A DNA stretch of 40,040 nt, taken from the IMG/VR virus record IMGVR_UViG_3300003887_000051, positions 1-40,040 of that record. One strand, given 5' to 3'. The stretch is from a virus (Duplodnaviria > Caudoviricetes). Position 1 is the first letter of the stretch; every line of letters begins with the position of its first letter. Under the pieces are notes generated by a model. It had not been told where the DNA came from. It did not search any database and saw nothing but the letters and a program-made list of their open reading frames with translations. The translations under genes were made by a program, and so were the position numbers. Below are positions 33,195-40,040 of this stretch, piece after piece.

Positions 33195-33812
33195 CTATGC
33201 CGCGATGCTCAGGTTGAGCTGGCGATAGCTGCCATCCCCCTGGCGCTCGTAGAAGCGGATGTAGGTTTTGCTGCTCACCACCTGGACGCTATCACTGATC
33301 GCCTGCATGGCCTGCTGCCAGGTCTCGTCTTTGATGTCGATACGCCGCAGGGCCAGGATGCGCCGGGTGTTGATCCGGCCGGCATTGTCGACCTGGAATG
33401 CGTCATTGATAACGGTACGGATCTCGGCGCCGCTCCCTTCGCTCCAGCGCTTGAGACAGTCGTCGATCAGCGACTTGGCCGCCTGCAACCGCTCGTCAAA
33501 CTTGATCGAGTCATCCAGAGCGCGTACCAGCTTGTAGCGGCCGTCAAATGAAAACAATGTGACGTTGCCCTTGTTGCCGCCAAGCTTGGCTCCGTATGTC
33601 TCTCCGGACAGTTCGACAAACGCCTGGATATCGTCCAGGGCCTTGGACTTGAATCCGGCCAGAACCTCTCCCATGGCCTTGGCCTTGGCCATCAGTTCTT
33701 CCACCAGGTTGTTCCGCTCCAGGTCGACTTGCTTGACGGTTTCGACCGGTACCAGCCGGTCCTTGGCGTCCCGCATGTACCCGGCGGGCACGGTGTCGTT
33801 AGTGTTTTTCAT
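33195..33812 (-). CDS. DUF3164 family Mu-like early protein
   Basis: 'GYMRDAKDRLVP', 'GGNKGNVTLFSFDGRYK', 'FDERLQAAKSLIDDC', 'SKTYIRFYER'. Confidence 0.9.
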   Translation of the reverse strand: MKNTNDTVPAGYMRDAKDRLVPVETVKQVDLERNNLVEELMAKAKAMGEVLAGFKSKALDDIQAFVELSGETYGAKLGGNKGNVTLFSFDGRYKLVRALDDSIKFDERLQAAKSLIDDCLKRWSEGSGAEIRTVINDAFQVDNAGRINTRRILALRRIDIKDETWQQAMQAISDSVQVVSSKTYIRFYERQGDGSYRQLNLSIAA

Positions 33813-34035
33813 GGACTTTCTTCTCCTTTGATTTGGTGTCGGACACCAGGGTCTTTTGAATTTCGGCGTCATAAAATTCGCGCTGAGCGTTGCATTTGCT
33901 GATGGTAGCCAGCAGCAGTTGGTCACGGGTGGAGAGCGCACGACTGGTCCAGCCGACGATGGTGCCGAAGAACAGGGCGATGCCGGCAACTATGAAGAAC
34001 AGGCTGATCAGGTCATCTCGTTTGCTGAGTTTCAT
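33799..34035 (-). CDS. Small membrane protein
   Basis: 'LISLFFIVAGIALFFGTIVGW' TM segment; coupled. Confidence 0.6.
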   Translation of the reverse strand: MKLSKRDDLISLFFIVAGIALFFGTIVGWTSRALSTRDQLLLATISKCNAQREFYDAEIQKTLVSDTKSKEKKVHEKH

Positions 34036-34163
34036 GGGGTCCTCCTGAGTGCTCCGGTGATGACCAGTGAAACGGCCATACTGACGGCGCGGGCTTCCTG
34101 CAGCCGCCGGGTCTGGTACCAGGCGAGGCGGCTCTTGATCCGTTTGATCAGTCGTTTAAACAT
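34032..34163 (-). CDS. Small basic hypothetical protein
   Basis: AAGGAGG RBS before ATG 34163; ATGA coupling. Confidence 0.5.
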   Translation of the reverse strand: MFKRLIKRIKSRLAWYQTRRLQEARAVSMAVSLVITGALRRTP

Positions 34164-34375
34164 GGTTGAACCCTCCTTGATTGGGGGATGGCCAGCTGGG
34201 CGAAGTCGTTGGCCTCGGCGGTGGTGGGCCGGCGGATCCGGAAGGCGGTGAAGGTGTGCCAGCCGCAATAGAGGCATTTGACGTGGTCGAGGTGGCCATT
34301 AAAGGTGAACCAGGGATAGAGGCCGTTGCCGCGGCATTTGGGGCAGCTTGGCTTGGCTGTCCGTTGGGCGGTCAT
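34148..34375 (-). CDS. Small zinc-ribbon protein
   Basis: CPKC...CLYC; GGAGG RBS; ATGA coupling. Confidence 0.65.
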   Translation of the reverse strand: MTAQRTAKPSCPKCRGNGLYPWFTFNGHLDHVKCLYCGWHTFTAFRIRRPTTAEANDFAQLAIPQSRRVQPCLND

Positions 34376-34695
34376 GGCTTGCCTCCGTGGTTTCGGTGGC
34401 AGCTGCGACAGGCTTTGCGCTGCCGGGTATAGTCGGCGTTGACCAGGGCGAACGGCTTCTTGCGTTCTTCGGCACACCGGGACAGGGGGACCTCCCCCAG
34501 GTGGGGACAGTCTACGGTGAGCCCACCGTAGACTTCGATCACCCGTTGCAGAATATTGTCAGGGCTCGCCTTGTATTTACCGTGATAAAGCTGGTTCGCG
34601 GCCGATGGCGAGATGTCGAGCATGACGGCAACCCTGGCCTGCCCCAGTTCGTCGCATTTCTGGAGGAAGAGTTTCATGGCGTCGATGCTGGTCAT
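34372..34695 (-). CDS. HTH protein with C-terminal Cys cluster
   Basis: 'GQARVAVMLDISPSAANQLYHGKY', 'VDCPHLG...C...CRSC'. Confidence 0.8.
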   Translation of the reverse strand: MTSIDAMKLFLQKCDELGQARVAVMLDISPSAANQLYHGKYKASPDNILQRVIEVYGGLTVDCPHLGEVPLSRCAEERKKPFALVNADYTRQRKACRSCHRNHGGKP

Positions 34696-35309
34696 TCATC
34701 ACCCCCGTCTTCACTCCAGACGACCAGTTTAAGGTTGGGGTCATAGAGTTGGCGGACCCGCTGAATCTGCGGCGGCCGGGGGCCGGTCCATTTGGACTGA
34801 ATCATTCGATATTGAGCCAGGGTGCCCGGTTTGCCGGGGGCCATCTGGGTGAGGTAGCCGGCGCTGTGCAGATAGCGGAGGAAGTGCCGGACGTCTTCTT
34901 CGGCCACCGGGCAGGCGTCGGTGGAGGCGGAGAAGCTGAGCTCGCGGGCATTGAAGCGGGTGCCTTTTTGCGCCATGATGCCGAGCGCCCGCCAGATCTG
35001 CTCGCGGCCGCGTCCCTGGGTAACCTCGCTGCCATCCTTGCGCACCCGGGGGGCTTCGATGCCGCAATCCCGCTCCAGGCGGTAGTACTGGGCCTTGAAG
35101 GATTCGGGCATGGGGCGCTCGACCTTGACCAGGTAGCCGGCGTGGCAGAGCCCGGTCAGGTAATCCCGGACGGTATCGATGCCGAGCAGGGTGCTGTGGG
35201 CGATTTCGCGGGCAGAGAAAGAGCCGGCTTGCGCCTGGCTCCTGATCTCTGTCCAGACCGCATCGCGTGATTCTGCGGCGCGGAGCTTGTTGACCGGTTT
35301 GCGGCTCAT
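34692..35309 (-). CDS. Tandem winged-helix protein downstream of MuB
   Basis: 'TVRDYLTGLCHAGYL' and 'RHFLRYLHSAGYL' repeats; 'TGPRPPQIQR...YDPN'. Confidence 0.8.
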   Translation of the reverse strand: MSRKPVNKLRAAESRDAVWTEIRSQAQAGSFSAREIAHSTLLGIDTVRDYLTGLCHAGYLVKVERPMPESFKAQYYRLERDCGIEAPRVRKDGSEVTQGRGREQIWRALGIMAQKGTRFNARELSFSASTDACPVAEEDVRHFLRYLHSAGYLTQMAPGKPGTLAQYRMIQSKWTGPRPPQIQRVRQLYDPNLKLVVWSEDGGDE

Positions 35310-36058
35310 AGGGGCCTCGCCTTGGGTGGCTCACCGGTATGGAAAAGCCGGCTGCCCAATTCGGCGAGGCCGATGGAGGTGATGCCGAGCTCAGCGGCTT
35401 CGCGGGCAACATCGTCCAGGTTGACGCAGATCCGGCGGGCAACGCCTTTGGTGAGCAGCTGGATTTTGGAGAGCAGGTCCTCGCGGATTTCCAGCTCGGG
35501 GTAGTAGAACTGGGCCAGGATGCGGCAGTCGCCCAGGTCGGCGGGCACGGCCTGTTTCCAGTCGAGGATGCGGTTATGGAAGCGCTCGTAGCGGGTGAGT
35601 TTGTGCGGGAGCCGTTCTTCGCCAATGATGATTACGGGGCCCTGGGAACCGTCAACGATGTCGCGGACCAGTTCAACGAATTCGTCGGCGCCGCTTTTGC
35701 GATCGACAATATTGTCGAATTCGTCGACGATCAGGGGGCGGCCGGAATGGCCGAGCTGTTCGCAGATCTGGCTGAGCTTTCTGGTCATGCTGAGCTTGTC
35801 GAAGGGGATCCCCATCTGCAGCAGGATGCTTTCGAGGAAGGCGTTGCGGTTCCAGGTCCGGCGAACCTCGACGTAGTAGGCGCGGTACTGCTGGGCCACG
35901 TAGGTGGCGGCCATGGATTTGCCGAGACCGCTATGGCCGCTGATGCAGACCATGCCGGGGAGATGGTCCCGCCGGCCGATGGCGATTTCGGCCGCCTCCA
36001 GCCCGAGGGTGATGTTGGTGAGGGCGGCGGTCTTGACGTTGAGTGCGATTTGTGCCAC
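35306..36058 (-). CDS. MuB-like transposition AAA+ ATPase
   Basis: Walker A GHSGLGKS, Walker B LIVDE; follows transposase; AGGAGG RBS. Confidence 0.93.
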   Translation of the reverse strand: MAQIALNVKTAALTNITLGLEAAEIAIGRRDHLPGMVCISGHSGLGKSMAATYVAQQYRAYYVEVRRTWNRNAFLESILLQMGIPFDKLSMTRKLSQICEQLGHSGRPLIVDEFDNIVDRKSGADEFVELVRDIVDGSQGPVIIIGEERLPHKLTRYERFHNRILDWKQAVPADLGDCRILAQFYYPELEIREDLLSKIQLLTKGVARRICVNLDDVAREAAELGITSIGLAELGSRLFHTGEPPKARPL

Positions 36059-36097
36059 GATGTAACCTCCTTTTCAGTTGATGGGCTGTTGCCCGAG

Positions 36098-36127
36098 AAC
36101 CCTGCCGCGTCACCGGCGGGGTTTTTT
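36098..36127 (+). terminator. Intrinsic terminator facing antisense, between MuA and MuB
   Basis: ccctgccg-cgtcac-cggcgggg then tttttt on + strand. Confidence 0.6.
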
Positions 36128-38429
36128 ATTGTTCGGCCAGCGCCGGGTTGTAGACCTTGGCGAAGCTGCGCCAGGTCGGTGACTTCCTGAAGCTGTGGTA
36201 AAACTGGCTTTCCTCGTCGTTCAATTCTTCCTTGTCCACAATGCGATCATGCAGGCGGTTCCAGAGCAGCCAGCGCTCGCGGCGGTCTTCGGGCACGATG
36301 CATTTGCCCGGCACCTGCAGTGTGACGACGTTGGGCCGCTCGGCCTTGATTTCTTCGGTGAGTTGGGCTTCGAGTCGGCGCATGTTCTGTTCGATCAGAG
36401 CGGCACGCTTGGCCTGTAGTTCGGGAGGGTGCTCGATGGGTGCGGTGCGGCCGCGCAATGCCTGGGCGGCTTCTCCTGCTGCCTGGAGCCCCGGGCTGGT
36501 GTAGTCGATGGTGGGGCGGGGAAAGGGGACGATGTTGGCCTGGGCCTCGGCGGCCTGCCGCTCGCGGTGCTCCAGGACGGCGGTGGCGATATCCTGACCC
36601 TTGAGCTCGCGGCGAGCCTGCTTTTTGAGCTCGTTGGCCTGGGCGATGACCCGCTTCTGCCGGGCACGGGCAATGGCCGCAACCTCGGCCCGGGAGATGC
36701 CGGTAAGCTCGGGGCATTCGGCTAGGCCGACGAATTCGATGATGCCGTGCTCGTTGTGCCGGTTGATGATGACCCGGCCGACATCCTCGGTCTCCAGGGC
36801 CTGGACGCGCTGGCCGGAGATGATCCCGAATTCGCCGTGGATGTACCAGTGGTGGTTGATCTTGATGCCGCGCTTGGTGACCGTGCGCCAGCCATCGTCG
36901 CCGGCAACCGGGGAGAGAAGGACGTCGAGCGCCCGCTCGTCGGTGATCCGGTGGATGGCTCCGGTCCATTCATTCACGACCTGGTTGGGTGATTTACCCA
37001 GGGTGCCGTGCACCCGATCATGGTAGGCGGCGCACCAGCGGTCACAGAATTGCTGCAGTTCCTGGGCGGTGAGCTTGGCCTCGATGACTTCGTCTTTCCC
37101 CATCAGCCGCTCGGCAAAGGATTTGCGAGATTCGATCGCTTTGCGGTCGGCCACGCTGTGGCCGCAGTAGCCGTCGAGCATTTCAACCAGGTCGTGGGAA
37201 AAGGTCCTGAATGCCCGTTCAATGAACGGTTTACGGTCTCCGGAAAAGGCCGGGCATAACTCGTGCTCGATGTCCATGCCGTCGAGGAAGCGGGTGAAGA
37301 TCTCGGACTTGTAGGGGTTGCCCTGGTCGGAGATGAAGGTGCCGGTGGCCGGGACGCCCCAGGCAAGGATACCGCGCCGGACGACCAGGCCGTTGTCGAG
37401 CCCTTTTTCCGTGGGGGTCACCTGGAGGATCAGGCGGCGGGTACCGACGTCGATCAGGCCGATGATCTTGTTGCGGCCGTCGGTGAGCATGAGGTCGGCC
37501 GGGGTGGCGTCGATCTCCCAGCGCTTGTTGAGTATGTAGCGGATCCCTTCATCCATGACGCCGGCGGCGGTGAGGTGTTTGTTCTTCCAGTTGTCGGGGT
37601 TGACGATGTAGTCCCACTCCTGGACGTGCGCTTTCTTCCAGGCCTCGACCCAGCGGCCGATGCTTTTGTCACTGACATAGGGGGCTTCGGGCAGCAGCGA
37701 GCGCAGGGTCTCGTTGAGCTTCTTTTCTTTGATGTGCGGGTGTTTGCAGATCAGGGCCAGGATGGTAGTGACCAGGGGCTTGACCGGATTGCCCTTCTCA
37801 TCGGTGCCGGTGATGTAAGTCTCGATCTTGGACTGGCCTTTGCGGTTGCCGTAGCAGTCCACCAGACCCATGACGCCGAGGTCGAACTCGGTCTTGACCC
37901 AGTCGCGCAGGGTCTGGGGGTGGAATTCGCGAATCTCGGCCCGCACCCAGGGGGCGACGTCGATCCTCCCCAGGTTGTATTCATGGGTGAAACCGTTCTG
38001 GCCTTCATGCTTGGCCAGGCCGTGGTCGTCTATATAGCGCTGGCTGGCCTTGATGATCTCCAGCTTGGCGGAGGCGCCCTTCTTCTGCCAGGGCTGCAGG
38101 CGATTGAAGGCGGCGGTTGATTCACGGCGGGCCTCCAGGCGCTGGGCTTCCGATTCAGCAGCAGTTTGCTGGAGTTGGGTGGCCATGGCGGTGGCCTCGG
38201 GGGCGTAGCCGATCTTGGTGTTTTTGCCGGCCAGATAGCGGCGGGTTTCGGCGGGGAGGGAGGTAACGGCGTATTCTCTGAATTTGCTGTCGCTGCCGTC
38301 TTTTTTCTTAATTGGGCGAGACGCTATCTCACTACGGTTCCCTTTATCAATAACGCCCTTCTGTGTTTCAGGCATCCCAGGCAATCCGGCCAGGTCCTTG
38401 GCGGTATAGTGAGTTTTGATTACGGTCAC
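36126..38429 (-). CDS. MuA-like DDE transposase
   Basis: N-terminal Mu HTH 'AKDLAGLPGMP'; 'WEIDATPAD', 'SDQG', 'KPFIERAFRTF' DDE triad. Confidence 0.96.
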   Translation of the reverse strand: MTVIKTHYTAKDLAGLPGMPETQKGVIDKGNRSEIASRPIKKKDGSDSKFREYAVTSLPAETRRYLAGKNTKIGYAPEATAMATQLQQTAAESEAQRLEARRESTAAFNRLQPWQKKGASAKLEIIKASQRYIDDHGLAKHEGQNGFTHEYNLGRIDVAPWVRAEIREFHPQTLRDWVKTEFDLGVMGLVDCYGNRKGQSKIETYITGTDEKGNPVKPLVTTILALICKHPHIKEKKLNETLRSLLPEAPYVSDKSIGRWVEAWKKAHVQEWDYIVNPDNWKNKHLTAAGVMDEGIRYILNKRWEIDATPADLMLTDGRNKIIGLIDVGTRRLILQVTPTEKGLDNGLVVRRGILAWGVPATGTFISDQGNPYKSEIFTRFLDGMDIEHELCPAFSGDRKPFIERAFRTFSHDLVEMLDGYCGHSVADRKAIESRKSFAERLMGKDEVIEAKLTAQELQQFCDRWCAAYHDRVHGTLGKSPNQVVNEWTGAIHRITDERALDVLLSPVAGDDGWRTVTKRGIKINHHWYIHGEFGIISGQRVQALETEDVGRVIINRHNEHGIIEFVGLAECPELTGISRAEVAAIARARQKRVIAQANELKKQARRELKGQDIATAVLEHRERQAAEAQANIVPFPRPTIDYTSPGLQAAGEAAQALRGRTAPIEHPPELQAKRAALIEQNMRRLEAQLTEEIKAERPNVVTLQVPGKCIVPEDRRERWLLWNRLHDRIVDKEELNDEESQFYHSFRKSPTWRSFAKVYNPALAEQ

Positions 38430-38899
38430 CGCTTCCCCTCCAGTTCCTGCAGAAATAGCGTCAGCTTTCGTTTTTCCGACTGCAGTTCCTTGCTCTGTTC
38501 ATCCAGCTTCTGGATCTCGGCCCGGAGCGCATCTGGCCCGGGGAGGGTGAATACTCCGGCGGCCTCGGCCTGGATCCGGATCAGTTCGATATCATTGGTG
38601 GCCATACAGAATGAGGAGTAGAAACGGCCAGGCATGTCGTGAGGATGGCTGTCGGCGGTCCAGTTATTGATCATGCCGACGGTGACGCGCTCGCCGGACA
38701 GTTCGGTCATTTCGTCGGCGATGGATTCACGGCTTTTAGGGGCCTTGCGGATGGCATTTTTTGTGGCAGCATTGAGTTGGGCGGCAATATTGAGACGTCC
38801 GGGACGAAGTGCAGACCTCTCCTCCTGGTCTTTCATCAGGAAGTCGAGCAGGCTGAGCTGACCGTTATCGTTGACTAATATTTTTTGCCGCTTCGTCAT
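38426..38899 (-). CDS. Phage regulatory protein (CII-like HTH)
   Basis: 'SRESIADEMTELSGERVTVGMINNWTADS'; between ner and transposase. Confidence 0.75.
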   Translation of the reverse strand: MTKRQKILVNDNGQLSLLDFLMKDQEERSALRPGRLNIAAQLNAATKNAIRKAPKSRESIADEMTELSGERVTVGMINNWTADSHPHDMPGRFYSSFCMATNDIELIRIQAEAAGVFTLPGPDALRAEIQKLDEQSKELQSEKRKLTLFLQELEGKR

Positions 38900-38935
38900 T
38901 GCTGGGATGTTCCCTCTCTGATATATTCAATCCAG

Positions 38936-39163
38936 TTACGCTGCGTACCGTTCCGGCCAGATCTGTTCGGGTCTTTTACCGATGATTCCGGCTATCACCT
39001 GCTCCCATTTTGGAGAAGGGTGATAGTTGACCAATTGCACCGCCTGGCGGCTTACCTGATACTCTTTGGCGATGGCCGAAAATGAGGACCCGGCAAGCCT
39101 GAGCTGGTACTTGACCCACTCCCGACGATGATCGGGTTTTTTTGGTATCCACTGACTTGACAT
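38936..39163 (-). CDS. ner: Ner/Nlp-family transcriptional regulator
   Basis: 'WVKYQLRLAGSSFSAIA...EQVIAGIIGKRPEQIWPERY'; divergent from repressor. Confidence 0.9.
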   Translation of the reverse strand: MSSQWIPKKPDHRREWVKYQLRLAGSSFSAIAKEYQVSRQAVQLVNYHPSPKWEQVIAGIIGKRPEQIWPERYAA

Positions 39164-39170
39164 GTTAAGG

Positions 39171-39199
39171 AACTTACCGGGATATATTTCAGGCGTCAA
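39171..39199 (-). promoter_or_regulatory. Early lytic promoter (Pe-like)
   Basis: TTGACG(39199-94), 17-bp spacer, TAAGTT(39176-71). Confidence 0.65.
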
Positions 39200-39351
39200 G
39201 GAAATATTTTTCAGGTAAAAGTTTTAATTTGTATCGACTTACAGTGAATATCGAATTATATGCGCAATATCGTGCAGTTATAAAACTTTTACCTAAGTGA
39301 AACTTATTTCGTTGTGAGGTAATTTTTCAGGAATGGAAGTTTTACCTGAAA
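39187..39351. promoter_or_regulatory. Immunity region with repeated operator-like motifs
   Basis: AT-rich; inverted pairs aggtaaaagtttta 39213-26/39281-94 and tttcaggtaaaa 39209-20/39340-51; extra tttcagg at 39187 and 39325. Confidence 0.65.
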
Positions 39352-40040
39352 CATCATTCATTGGCAGAATGAAGATCGCTGTCAAGCTAGCAGGCAGTGC
39401 TGAAGAGCTATCTCGCAAAACCGGTATATCGGCGCGGGCCATTGGACAATATTGCTCTGGCACTGAACCTACCCGGAGTAAGCTAGTTGCAATTGCGCAT
39501 GCTGCCGGGGTCAGTGTTGCGTGGTTGGCGGCCGGAGAAGGTGAGATGACTGGCGGCGAGAATCTCTCCCAGGTTGTGGCGGTCAGTGATGTTGCCCTAC
39601 TGGAGTACGACCTGTCGGCGCATGGGTATGTGCAGATTCCGCGCTATGAGGTGGCGGCATCGGCCGGCGGCGGATCGGTGGTGCAGAGTGAGCAGCTTGT
39701 TGATTTTATTGGATTTAAAGAGGACTGGGTCCGGAATGTTCTAGGGGCTTCGGCAAAGAGCCTGGCGCTGATCAGCGTGAAGGGCGATAGCATGGAGCCG
39801 ACGCTGTCGAACGGTGACCTGGTCCTGGTTGATACGTTGTCAAGAAAGATTGAAGCTAATGCAATCTATGTTATACAGTTCTGGGGAGCGTTACTGGTAA
39901 AGAGGGTACAACGAAAAGTGGATGGTACGGTGATCATCAGGTGTGACAATCCCATCTACGAACCTGAAACGGTTTCCGGAGATCTGGTGGAGCAGCTGAA
40001 TGTAATAGGAAGAGTTGTTTGGTATGGGAGGAGAGCGTAA
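39333..40040 (+). CDS. Prophage repressor, XRE HTH + S24 peptidase (CI/LexA-like)
   Basis: N-terminal HTH; 'ASAGGG' cleavage site, 'GDSMEPT' Ser, 'VKR' Lys. Confidence 0.93.
   Translation: MEVLPETSFIGRMKIAVKLAGSAEELSRKTGISARAIGQYCSGTEPTRSKLVAIAHAAGVSVAWLAAGEGEMTGGENLSQVVAVSDVALLEYDLSAHGYVQIPRYEVAASAGGGSVVQSEQLVDFIGFKEDWVRNVLGASAKSLALISVKGDSMEPTLSNGDLVLVDTLSRKIEANAIYVIQFWGALLVKRVQRKVDGTVIIRCDNPIYEPETVSGDLVEQLNVIGRVVWYGRRA

Larger units (their letters stand above)
1..40040 (-). mobile_element. Mu-like transposable prophage (contractile tail); termini outside window
   Basis: MuA DDE transposase, MuB ATPase, ner, gemA, Mor, then lysis, gp26-gp48 homologues and a terminal DNA-modification gene in phage Mu order. 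Confidence 0.97.

Noticed and set aside
1-40040. Mu-type termini (TG...CA) and 5-bp target duplication
   Set aside because: Window begins and ends exactly at stop codons, so the ends are outside it.

Overview
The whole window is one near-complete Mu-like (transposable) myovirus prophage, cut at the stop codon of its last gene (DNA adenine methylase, base 1) and of its repressor (base 40040), so the TG...CA ends are not visible. Nearly all genes are on the - strand in Mu order. Early region: S24-type repressor (+ strand), ner, CII-like protein, MuA, MuB, accessory genes, gemA, Mor/C activator. Late region: GH19 endolysin, holin and spanins, gp25-gp31 (terminase, portal, MuF, gpG), protease/scaffold, major head, neck, contractile tail and baseplate, short fibre, methylase. 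All calls come from motif reading and synteny, not database searches. The top candidate for an undescribed system is a MuF head protein with a C-terminal PBECR2-like (BECR-fold) nuclease domain. It is followed not by an immunity ORF but by a ~106-nt multibranched RNA on the opposite strand with its own near-consensus sigma70 promoter, a possible RNA antitoxin. Other notable features: a second antisense, c4-like structured RNA in the methylase leader; an attC-like single-gene cassette in the early region; a spike-fibre/LamG insertion inside baseplate gp46; a block of signal-peptide-bearing fibre-like genes between the neck and sheath genes; and a +1 UUU-CGA frameshift site in the tail chaperone.
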